Assembly: GCF_000711695.1 (NCBI RefSeq)
Contig: NW_013547021.1
Coordinates: forward strand, 186,001 to 250,000
Source: Tilletiaria anomala UBC 951
Taxonomy: Eukaryota
DNA: 64,000 bases
Direction: 5' to 3'
Below the pieces are notes generated by a model. The model was not told the DNA's origin, made no database searches, and was given only the letters and a program-made list of their open reading frames with translations. The translations under genes and the position numbers were made by a program. Numbering within the stretch: the stretch's first letter is position 1; each line of letters begins with the position of its first letter. Shown here in pieces: positions 1-11,556 of the stretch.

Positions 1-2036
1 GACGGGCGAACTGTCGCCGTATCAGGCGCATGCGAAGATGCTCAAGCTGCAGTCTCGAGTCTCGATCGGTCGAAGTGTTGTGTGTGCAAGCAGAAGAGGA
101 GAATCGCGTGATGAGTCGATGAGGTGTGCGAACGACAGAGCCACCGGACATTCGTTCTGATGCCGCCCGCGTACGATGAGGCGTAGGCCTATAGGCTATG
201 CACGCTGCGAGAGGCTATAGTGGTTTCGCGTGCACTGCTTTCCCTCTACCTCTGGGGCTGCCGGCTGGATCGGCCTGCGGTGAGGTGTCCAGGATAGCTG
301 TCGCAGGTCGCGCAATGCAACGTCCGCTCCATGAAAGCCGGGGGAAGCTGTCTGACTGACCTGTATGTAAAGCGAGCCCAGCTGCTAATCCATGACTGAC
401 AGGCCGGCGGACAGGCAGACTGATGGTGGTGATCATGATGGCGGTGGTTTGCAAGGGAACGAGAGAGTCCACAGTGTGCGGAGACGGGTGCGGGTGGGCG
501 GCGGTGGATGACAGCACACAGCCGTGCCACTGAGCCCACCCCATGTACACACATAAGCTCTTGTTCTTCGCTGGCGAACCGCCCACCGCGTTTTTGGACA
601 CAAGGTCCATATCAATCCAAGTCTGGACTCTATCAAACTAGTGATATACTGGCCCCCAGGCTGGCAGTACACTGATAGCCTTCGGCCTATCAGCGATCAG
701 CATTCATTCATTTATACGAGCGCTGGGCTCCAGCTCTGGCCCTGACAAGGCTTGGACGGTGGCTAGCCTCGTGCAGGCGTGTCGAGAACCCAGATCGTTC
801 GATGCCACAAACTCATCATCGTTCCAAGGGACCGGACAGACTCTAATATTGTTCGCACCGCAAGCTCACTCCCGCGGACAGAAACTACATTACAGTGCGC
901 ATCACATTGGATCGCTAGCCGTCACCATGCGGCTATCGAATACAGCGGTCTCTTGAAATCGACGATTTCTCAATGTTCGAGCAATACGAACGCTGGAAGC
1001 CACCAACTGTGTGGGTACTGCGGATGTGATCAATAATTGGATTCTGATAAGCACTCAGGCCCACGACAAGTAGAAGAAAGCCTTGCCCTGTACGGCTTCA
1101 GGCTTTGAGTGATGGCATGGCCCTCTTTAGGACAAATTCCCAATACCTGCTGCCCCTGTCTCTGCGGTTTGCAACATGTAGCTCAGGTGAGGTGTGCCCC
1201 ATTTGGTAAGTTTCGCTCGCAGGCAATGAGGTCATCATTCGCAGTAACACGCAATCCAAGGCCGCACTCGGATACGCCGATGTAAGCTAGGACCTAGAAT
1301 AACAGTGCCAACGACGATCTCGAGTTAACGACGAAGGACCGATTACTGATGTGCACTGATAAGTGATGAGCGCCATCAATAAGACTGAACTTGGAGTTCG
1401 AGCGCCGGAAATGATTGACGAGGTGCTGCACGATGGTTGACGAAGACCACCTGGGTGTAGAAGCAGCTCCGTCGTCGGCGGAAGGGCCATCTCCCGCAGA
1501 CCCCACCGCTGCCGTAGCCTGCAGAGCCGCAGTGTTGGTTCTTCATTAGTAGAGTGTCTATATCCCGCGAGGGCGACTTGGCCCGCAAGTGGCGGTTCGT
1601 CCAAGGCAAGGTCTATGCACGGCTGGATTTGAACGTGCTGATATCCTGGGAGAGAGACGATGTGAGATTGACGAGAGACGTATATTACACGCATGAGGCC
1701 GACGACGGCATGAACAACCCTACTTGGGTGGTTGCAATCCCTTTGCAGTTTGTGGTTTCCAGCGGCCTGGCCTCCGTAACCGTTGACTGGTCCCCAGCAT
1801 GGGCACGGCGGGCGTGTGAGGGAGGCGCTGACTGCTTCGACTGGTGGTCTGATGAGGCGGGCTTTACAAGAGTTCCGCCGTCCAGAAGCAAGGCCCTCGA
1901 CAATGAGCTTCGCGATGGTCCTGGCTAACATTTCAACACCTCACACAACTCATCTCTTGCTCGCTCACATCCGGGAGTCGGGACCAAGTGCAAGCTGCAA
2001 GAGTGAGCCTGCCAACAAGATCCAGCTTGCGCCAGC

Positions 2037-3083
2037 ATGTTTGCTCCTAGATCGCTGCTGTCGGCCTCTAGAGCCTGTAAGTATCTGCGACTGTTTCGCC
2101 GGAGAGTGGCGACTTATCACATGTGCGCCGAGGTACTGACTCTGATCCGCCGTCCGCTTTCTGCTCGCCATCTCATCTCCTGATTCGCCGCCGGTCTTCA
2201 GCTGGCCTGAGCCTGCGCTTGCTGCATACCACTGCATCGGCTGCGCGCGTAATCAAACCTGGCCAGCTGCCCGCGTTGAGCAAGAGCACCGCACTCGTAC
2301 CAACCCGCGGGGACTCCTCCAGCTCTCCCGAAGCATCGACGTCCTCATCGTCATCGAGGGCCTTCACGTCCTCCGCCGTTGCCAGGCAGACGCCAGTCGA
2401 GTACGCTGCGCTCGCCAAGAGGGGCACAGAGCAAGCCAGTCTCGAGCAGCCAAAGAATGGCGTTGAATATGTTCTATCCACACTGGATAAGGTCGTCAAC
2501 TGGGCCCGTCAAGGCTCCATGTGGCCCATGACCTTCGGCCTGGCATGCTGCGCCGTCGAGATGATGCACTGCTCCACCCCGCGCTACGACCAAGATCGAT
2601 TCGGTATCATTTTCCGTGCCTCCCCCAGGCAGTCTGATGTTATGATCGTCGCCGGGACCTTGACCAACAAGATGGCGCCGGCTTTGAGAAAGGTTCGTGC
2701 TCATGCACATGTCGTCTCCTTCTTGGTTCCGAATTCCGCACTGACCCGTATCTGCGCCTTTGAACTGCAGGTGTATGACCAGATGCCAGAGCCCCGATGG
2801 GTCGTGAGCATGGGCAGTTGTGCAAACGGCGGTGGCTACTACCAGTAAGTGGATTAGACTTCGCTTGAACGCGACTCTTGCGTGTAATGAACCACTCGCC
2901 GCCCTTTCTTGCCTGCGAAACAGCTATTCCTACTCGGTCGTGCGTGGATGTGACCGCATCGTTCCCGTCGATCTGTACGTACCCGGATGCCCGCCAACAG
3001 CCGAGGCTCTGCTCTACGGTCTTATGCAGTTGCAGCGGAAGATGAAAAGGAAGCGCACCATGACACTGTGGTACAGGAGGTGA
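2037..3083 (+). CDS. NDUFS7: NADH:ubiquinone oxidoreductase 20 kDa (PSST) Fe-S subunit, mitochondrial; 4 exons (2037-2076, 2202-2692, 2771-2844, 2924-3083)
   Basis: Motifs [78 protein letters not shown] introns join all exons in frame. Arg/Ser/Ala-rich presequence [13 protein letters not shown]. Confidence 0.97.
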
Positions 3084-3396
3084 TGGAGACACATATGGAG
3101 ACGCACCGCATCTCACCGTGACAGATCAAGCTTTTGTACATACACACTCTGACACGTGTTGGCAGGCGCTGCACCCAGATTCCTTAACAATTGCAAATCT
3201 GTTGCGTGTGATGCTTTTCATGAGTCAGGTAAGGATTAGGCTACATTGTCGAGGCAGCATCTAGCGAAAAGTCTATGCGATCGTCCATATAATCCCCGGA
3301 AGAACTGGGCGCGCCATGCCACGCCCCTTTGTACTGCCTCGGGACTCTGCGCGCGAGCGCACAGGCGGGCTGCCAAGCTCTTTCCGCGTGAGTCTC

Positions 3397-5520
3397 TCAG
3401 CACTGATGCGTGGCACCCCCGCGTCCGCTCGCCGCGTCTCGTAGCGCAGTGACAACCGATACGATGAGGACGACGACGCCGAATAGTGCAGTGACAGCTG
3501 CAAGCGGCTTGGTGGACTCCCACCAGCGGCGTGGCTGCGCTGCAGGCCGGTGTCGGATGTTCGCTCCTGGCCGCAGTGGCAGCTCGACTTCATCTACATC
3601 CTCTACAACGCTGGTATCGTCTGGATCGGCGCCTGCACCCCCTGCTGCTGCCCCTCCTTCCATGTCGTCTACTCTGCCAATACCCCGGTCCTCGTCGTCA
3701 TACGTGGAAGCCGGCTGATAGCCATCAGAGCGCCCCAGCCGGCCGTTGGGCGATGGCATCGCGGACCCGTTGCTTGAGGCACTTGTGAGGTGATTTGGTA
3801 TAGTGAAAGGCCTCTCTAAGCCATGTTTGTGTGCGTCGTTGCTGAGCTTGAGGTAACACAACGCTGGGAAAATATATGCTAGTACTGTAGCGCTGAGTCC
3901 GCCAGTGAGCTCCAGAACGATGCCGAGATCGCACGTCATGAGGCTGACGATCAGGCTCGAGACTACAAGCGCTGAAGTGAAAATCAGGTGACGTTGCTGG
4001 TCGAACTCTCCAGCGAAAAAGTAGGTTTCGAGCACCTCGCTACAGAGAGCATATATAAATGGCCGGCTTTCAGCGTCGTCAAGGGGTTCACCAACTTGTG
4101 CAACTCACCGGCACACCAGACATTCCAAAGGGAATGTTGTCAGCATGTTTGCACCAAAGCAAAACCTTGCAAAGTTGACCATCGTGTCCGAGGCAGGAAA
4201 GTTGTTCAAAATGTTTGCGAGCGTCTTGTCCTCGAATGACCAATACCCTGCGATCGACATGGACGTTGCTGCGACGCCAGCGATAAGCGTCGAGTAGTGT
4301 GTCACCTTGCCAAACTTGTCCATGGACGGTTCCTTCAGACTCCCGTAGATGAGCAAGGAGTTATGGTGGCAGACGAATGCAAAACTGATGACGGCGATAC
4401 TGCGAATGATTTTACTTGGAAAGACAATCGTGAAGCGCAAGCTAGGGTCACCTGTGAGCTCTGCAGGCATGGCTGGCCCGCGGATGATGACTGTGAGAAT
4501 GATGAGGACCATGCTGACGAGGGCAAAAGCGCTGGCTTTGCTCAGACTCTCGATGTTGCGATACAGAGACAGTGGGTAACTGATGCCGAGCGTGCAGGCG
4601 GTGATGACGAACTGTCGGTTGGCCAGGAAGGAGCCTTCCAGCGAGGGAAAGACACTTGCGATGACGTGCGGAATGGTGTCGCCAATGACAACACAGAAAG
4701 CGCACATGCCTCCAAAGGCAAATGCGAATTGGAAAATGGAAACGGCCGCTTTGCCATTGCCGCCAAAGCAGTGCTCCATAATTTCAATGTAGGTCTGCCG
4801 CCCGCTCAGCTTGGCGTTGAGAACGATCAGTCGAATCGTCCAGTCTGTCAAGAAAGATAGCCCAATAAGGAGCACGACTCCTGCGACGAATCCTGATTCT
4901 CGCATCGAGTATGGCAGACCGACTAGTCACGACGAGAGGACACACGTAATTGGCATGTCAGAGGCTAGGCACAAGGGTGCGATAGTAGGTCACTTACCTA
5001 TCCCGGCACCCAGAATCGAGTTTGCCATGTTTACCGTTCCATCGAATGTCCCTGCCCCTCTTTTGAGCCAATCTGGCAGGCCCTCGCCGTCCCAGCCAGG
5101 CACCGCCCTGCTAGCAACGCGTAGCCCTTCTCGGATCGGGGTACCCAGACCATCCATGCTCAATTGCAGACGATCTGGTATTCGGTCGATGAGCGGTATT
5201 GAGGTACTTATTTGCCTGCCCTCGCGATTGCCTCCTAGAACAGCCGAAGCCGCATCGAGGGGATGAAATGACAGCGGGTCTGCATCGTCCAGCTCGTCTG
5301 AGTCAAGGTCGAATTGTGCTTCACGTGAAGATGCCGTCGATTTAAGCCCTGTGCCGTATCGTGCCGCCCCGGCACTAACAGGAGGTGCTCCGCCGTCCGA
5401 TGGCCTCGCATCAGACACAGATTCGGACGTCGACGAACGACCTGCCCAAGCATCATGCGCTGCACCGGTCTCACCATCATCGTCATCGAGTGCGAACAAG
5501 ACCTGTGTCTCGAGCTTCAT
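3397..5520 (-). CDS. Amino acid transporter, Aa_trans family (Avt2/SLC38A11-like); introns 4923-4997 and 4040-4108
   Basis: Motifs NMANSILGAGIVGLPYSMRESG, AVISFAFVCHHNSLLIYGSL, TFPLECLVCREVLE, LGIVLELTGGLSATVLAYIFPALCY. Many hydrophobic segments. Start ATG at 5520 is inferred. Confidence 0.92.
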
Positions 5521-6115
5521 GGCGATTAGGTGTCGCAACCTGGGCGCACCCTGTTAAGACCGACGCGAGGTTTGCCGAATGCAGCGCTACTGGATGGCAG
5601 TGAAGTTGGAGCCAAGTCAGCAGCATGGAACAATGCCAACCTAGCTTGTCGCCAATGGACACGCAAGTCGTTCAGCCCATGACTTTCCATATGCTCTTAT
5701 CGTTTCAATGTCGGGTCTGTATGAGATTTTGCCAATGCCTTTGAGCCTTGAGCACGGTGTGGCGCGGCGACGCAACCCTACAACAGAAGGATGCAGTCAG
5801 ATCCTCTTCGTGTAAATCCATACTTGCCTCTCACACTGATCCGGATGTATCGGATCTGGTGCGGGTCGCCTCGGTTGGGATTGACCTGTTGGTGTTGTCA
5901 CATTTAACCATTATATATAGCGAAGCTACTCTTGAAGAAGAGTTGCACACGAGGTCCACGATCCAAAGTCCAGTTTCTAAAACGGCAATCGTCTAGGAAG
6001 GGACTCAAAAGCCAATCAACTGCCTGTTATTGTTTGCGGACTAAAAAGGCAGTGTTTTCTGCGGCGTGAATGCTTCCCTGAGTGGTCAGGGCGACAGCCT
6101 GCTCCACCGCCCGTC

Positions 6116-7646
6116 ATGTCTATTCCGTGAGTTTGTGTCCAGCAGAAGGTGACCTCACCTTTCGAGCACATATTGAAAGTTCTGCACTTCAGATCCACCC
6201 AAAAGGCCCTACAGCTCGAAAAGCCGGCAGGCGATCCAAAGAGGGGCCAACGCAATGTCGCGGCGGTCCGATATGTGCCAGTCCCCAAGCCGCAAACCGG
6301 AATGGTCCTCGTCAAGGTGAGCATGGCACCCCGGAGTCCCGCCTGGAATACATCACAGCCCTAACCACCATCAAGTCTCCTTCTCGTGTCTCTGTTTGAA
6401 GATCCTCGCCTCCGGGCTCAACCGCCGAGACGAGTAGGCCATGCTCGGTGCCTACCCGGGGCTATTGTACAAGAACAGCACCTTTGCCTGCAACGGTGCC
6501 GGCGTCATTGTGCAAGGCGGACTGCCAGATTCGGCCAAGGGGCACCCAGATGGAATTGTTATTCTGGTACCTACTCGCGGCTGGGAGTCTGATCCAGAGG
6601 GGCCTGAAGCCGAACTGCCCAACGCCAAGAACAAGCAGAACAAGCTCGGTGGCAGCGGATTTGGTTGACTCGGTAACACCAAGCCGACAAACGGGGTTGG
6701 GACATTCTGCGAATATGTCGCCATAGAGAGTGACCATCTCGTTGCCGCACCAAAGCACCTTGACGTCGTCCACAGCGCAGCTCTGCCATACGGTGGTATC
6801 ACTGCTTTCCGGTGAGCACATTCCATCGCAAGAGGCATGCTGCAGCGTCTGACTTTGATTGTCGCATCACTTTTGATCCCGTGTAGCGCGCTCTTCACGA
6901 AAGGCCAGCTCAAGGCAGGACAGATTCTACTCCTGACGGGCGTTGGTGGCGGCGTTGCGCAGCTAGCACTCCAGTTCGCGGTCGCGGCCGACGCGAATGT
7001 CTACGTTACCGGCGGCTCGCAAGCCAAGGTCGATCGTGCTGTCAAGAACCTCGGAGCAAAGCGCGGAGCGGTCTCCAAGGACAAGGATTGTCCCAAGCAA
7101 ATTTCCAAACAGTTACCATCCGGTAAACTGTATATTGATATCGTGGTCGACAGTGCCGGTGGGGCCATCTCGGGCCAAGCTATGCAGGCTGGGCTCAAAG
7201 TAGGCGGCAAGTTGGTCTGCTTTAGCATGACCGCTGACCCTAAGAACCCGTTCACCATGCGAGAAGTGCTCAAGAATGTCGATGTCCTCGGTGAGTGCTC
7301 ACAACATTCGAGAGAAGGAAGGGATCCTCCCTCTAATTGGACCTCAACAATAGGCTCGACAATGGGGTCCAAGGAAGAGTTCAGGGAATGCATCCGCTTC
7401 GTGGAAAAACACAAGCTTGTGCCGACAATTGACACTATTCTCGAGGGCTTGGAGAATGCACACAAAGGCTGTGAGTCTGTGGCGAAACATCTGTCCTCTT
7501 GACTTGTCCCGTGCACGTCATGAATACCTGCATTGCCGTACCCCACGATCATTGCAGTCCCGCTCTTGCAGGATGCAGACAAGCGCAGCGGCGGCAAAGT
7601 CATCATCAGGGTCGCTCCCGCCGACAAGCGCACATCCAAGCTGTAG
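6116..7646 (+). pseudogene. MDR-superfamily (quinone-oxidoreductase-like) NAD(P)H oxidoreductase with C-terminal PTS1 (SKL), interrupted by two in-frame stops
   Basis: Spliced frame reads MSIPSTQKAL..PVPKPQTGMVLVK..GLNRRDE*AMLGAYPG..GFG*LGNTKPTNGVGTFCEYVAI..AALPYGGITAFRALF..TGVGGGVA..GSTMGS..GKVIIRV..TSKL. Stops are TAG 6435-6437 and TGA 6666-6668, with family-like sequence continuing in frame past both. Confidence 0.85.
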
Positions 7647-8166
7647 ATTGCTAGACCTGTTCATTGCTCCATTTGTTTATCTTGACTGCCAGTCACTATG
7701 GTCCATGATGGTTGGTTGAACAGGTCGGGCACAGATTGTGAACTGTTGAATTGAATGGATGAGCCTCGGCGCGTCGGGCTCCCACACAAGCACAGATCAT
7801 CGACACACTACTGTGGGTATACGTCGCTCATATATACATATGTATAGGTGTATATTTAATTATATATCTCGAGCGGCTTGTACACTTTCGCGCTCTCCTA
7901 TTACATGTCCTATATATTTTTGAGTTGCGCATAGCAGCACATATGTCGGTGCGGCTTCTCTCCTCGGCAATCAGCATGAATGGGTGCAGAGCTTGATGTC
8001 CTGCGTGTGCTGATCGACCTTTGCCAAAGATTCGGTGAGGAAGTGGCCGCCGGCTGCCGTCTCCAAAGGCCATCGTCCTCCTTGACGCGTGTTCTCACTG
8101 ATCCCTCGTGGTCAGCGACGCAGCACCAACGCAATAGTCAAGAGTGAAGGCGCGCCCCTTGTCAAT

Positions 8167-10148
8167 ATGTCGACAGAGGCATTTCCGACCATGTCTCCAA
8201 AGTTCGAGCACGACGCATCTCTAAAAGGAGAGAACACTGGGCTCGTCGCAGAAGGGACAGCAGGCGCGTCGCAAGTCGTTGCGGAAGCGACAGGTGAGAG
8301 TCATCTCTTTGACTGTGACTCATTGCAAGTTCTTCTCACACGCGAGGCTCATCACTTTGTGTAGATCCAATGGACAGGATCGCACAGCTTGAAGCGGTGC
8401 TGAAAGAGAAAGAGGCCATCATCGAGGCTCTATCGCTAGCATCTCCACCCAGGCTCTCAGGGGCTCTCGACGCGTCGGACCCGCTTGCTGAGGTGCAACC
8501 CGAGTCGGCCTATGGCTCCCGCGCCAAGCGAGAATCTCTGCCCTCGCCTACAGCGAAGACCGGAAGGTCATCGCTGAAGGCCAATGGCCTCCATGGAAAT
8601 GGCACAGGCGGCGCTTCTGAACCATCTGCACCACATGCAAACGGACGACGGCGCAGCTCAAGCTTGGATCCCCTCTCCTCTCCAAATCTACGACAACAGT
8701 CGCCAAAGAATATAGAGCAGTTCTCTTCGATATCGCTTGCCGGGGCCAGTCGTGACGTAGCAGCAGAGGGTACTCGCGAGCGGCGATCTTCGAACTCCTC
8801 CATGCGATCCACTCGCACGGGTGTATCTATTAAGGTCGACTCATCCTCAAGACGAAGCAGTCTCTCTTCAGCCACACTGAAGAACGGAAATATCGACGGC
8901 TCCCTCGCTCCGTCAGACTACGCGAGCGACAATGGTAGCGTGCTTGGGCTTCATCCCAATGGTGATGGAAGTCGGAAGAGCCCGGCCGCGGGCAACTGGG
9001 CCACAAAATTCCGGCGGGCACCCAGCCCTGCGCCGAGCAACGTTAGTGAAGCCGACTCTGTCTCTTCCTCACGAGGTGGCGGCGGAGGTTCCGCTTTTAC
9101 AAACGGGCTGGGTGCGTGGCGGAGAGCATCTCTACAAGCAGTTGGCCGACGGCGGAAGTCCGGCATCATCAACCTCGACCACAGTCTGGTGTCTCCCACT
9201 ACGCCCGGCAGTGCTACCTCCGAAAGCGGACCAGGAGGATTGGGGCCACTCCGAGAAGCTGGAGCGAGAAGCACGCAGCTGGCGGTGGAAGGGTTCTCCG
9301 CGCCGACGATCGCGTCGGAAAATAGACGTCTAGCAGTTCTCGCGCAGCAAGCCCAGGCCATCACGTCTGGCACCACAGCGGCGAATGTGCCGAATGGGAG
9401 CAACCCTGGCGCCGGCGGATCAGGCAAAGTGATTAGCGCTTTGACAGCGGAGCTGCAATCCACGAAGAACCTCCTCGACAATGCCAGGTCGGCGTTGCGA
9501 GCATCTCAGCGCTCCACATCAGCTGCGCAACGAGGCCTGGAGGACACAAAAGAGGCGCTCGGTAGGTCAAGACAAGAGAACGAGAACATGAGCCGAATGC
9601 TGGAGCGGAAAGATCGACAGCTCGCAGAGGCACTCGAGCGCGCACGAAAAGCTGAGAGTGAGTCCAAGGACCTCGGGCGGCAGTCGCGCGAGTGGGGCAC
9701 GCGCGTGCGCGAGGTTGAGTCCGAGCTCGGCGAAGTACGCCGCGAGAAGGCGAAGGACGAAGCTCAATATGAAGCGATCCGCTCCGCATGGGACTCTACA
9801 CGCGAAATGTGGAGGAAGGAGTTGCAAGAGTTGCGCGAGCAAGTGGCCAAGCGCGACGAGGAGCGACAGCAGCACGTTGACCAGATGAAAAGCAAGCTCG
9901 ACCAGATGGACGCGTTGTATCAGTTGCGAGTCAACGATACTTCTGATATCGAAGGCGCTGTTTCCCAGCTCAAGCTGGAGACGGACAAAGCCGCTGCCCT
10001 CGTACGCCAGCAGGTCGAACCGCTGGCGAAGCAGGCCGACTTTATCGAGCAGGAAGAGAGAAGGATGGGAGAGACTGTCGATATGGTTCATCGGGAGCTC
10101 AAGCGCATCCTGCGCCTCGCAAGGGCGGGTGACACAAGCGGAGGTTAA
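8167..10148 (+). CDS. Ser-rich disordered N-terminus plus long C-terminal coiled coil, She3-like; intron 8294-8364
   Basis: 592-aa ORF plus an upstream exon that splices in frame. The segment GKVISALTAELQ..ENENMSRMLERKDRQL..QYEAIR resembles the fungal She3 coiled-coil pattern (recognised from memory). The gene itself is well supported; the She3 label is less so. Confidence 0.7.
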
Positions 10149-11556
10149 TTCCCCGACGTAAGGAAGGAGAGCTAGTCATACCCTTGCGGTCTTCTTATAT
10201 GTGGCAATTTTCAACGATCTCAACACTTGGCATACTGCACTTGCGCTACTACTCACTCACATTTGTACTATGTATATTCACACCTTCCCGCAATGCGTCA
10301 TCATTGGACGCCACGGTCCCTATGGGTCTGCCCTACCCGACAGTATAGATGCTTTGGGAGGGTCCGCTGTACGTCATGTTTGTCTAAGTGTCCATGCAAG
10401 TGACGCTCAGGCATATGAAATGCTTCCGTGGAAGGGGGAGGGGGTTGGTAAGGGGGTCAATATCTTGAATGCCACGGAGAAAGCAGCTTTCAAAGGATCG
10501 TGAACAATATGCGTATACGTTTGCCGCCTTTTCGTGATCACCTATGTTATGAACTACTCGCCCATATCCCAACAGTAGTTCGTGCACTGATCCGGCAACG
10601 TGTATCAGCAAATAGATCTCACCCAGCTAATGAACAGAGGGTATGAGGCCTGTCCTTCAGCAAGCTTGTAAGCATGAAAGTCTCTCTGCATCAAGTGGTC
10701 GCCAACTGCGGCGTACACCGACCAAAACCGTCATCCTCGCCGACTTTCTTATAGCACCTCCCTTGTCTCCCACACGCTTCGCGCACTACAAGACTTGGAC
10801 GATCAGTCCGAGAGGGACGAGCCTCATCATGAGTTCACAGCCGAGCCGAAGCTTGACAAGGACCACCCTGCTGCCAAGGCCTAGTACTCTGGTGACCCGG
10901 AAGAAAGGGTTGCACACGGCCACAGCCACGAAACAGCGGCAGTCACTGCCGATTGATGAGAGGACGTCAGTTCAGCATGGCCATCTTGCCTGTTCGCCCT
11001 GGCAACGAAAACGGAAAATCTTTCTATCTGCAGCATCATAGGCACGATAAGCGAACACGCCATATTCTGTTATCTACGCTGTCCCATATGATGCAGCCTC
11101 GCCATCAACGCGTCCAGGCGATCGACCATCCATGTATCGATCGGTGACATGAACCATCAATGCGGCTTTAAATGATCGATGCCGAGTGTTCTTGTTGTGC
11201 GTTGTCTGTGTGCTTCCCCACTTGTTTCTCTAAACTCGATGGCCTTTTGCTTGGAATCACACGCAAACGCCGCCCATGTCTCGAAAGGGTAATAAGGTCG
11301 ACCTAGGCGATTACCTAATGCAATAAGGGTTGCTATGACGCTGTCTTGAGCAGGGTTTGACGTTTACTCGACACTGATGGCGACCTCCTACACTTCGAGA
11401 CAGTGCGAACATCAGAATAAAGCGTCCTCAACATGGCACTCTGAATATCAGACTTCTGACCCACATCCATAGCTTGGATATAGGGCGGAGTTTTGGGTTT
11501 CTCCTGAATTTCCTGCGCGCGCCGCTTCTTTCCTGCGGCCTGCGTCGGTCATAGCC

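Noticed and set aside
1..31. Minus-strand ATG reading MRLIRRQFAR off the window edge, faintly like a Dom34/Pelota N-terminus
   Set aside because: Only 10 codons are visible, which is not enough to support a call.
6666..6668. In-frame TGA as selenocysteine, prompted by SelO in the same window
   Set aside because: The position is not a Cys site, the gene also has a TAG, the SelO here is Cys-type, and Dikarya are not known to have Sec machinery.
7828..7925. TA-rich patch as an origin or centromere core
   Set aside because: Under 100 bp of low-complexity sequence in an ordinary intergenic gap.
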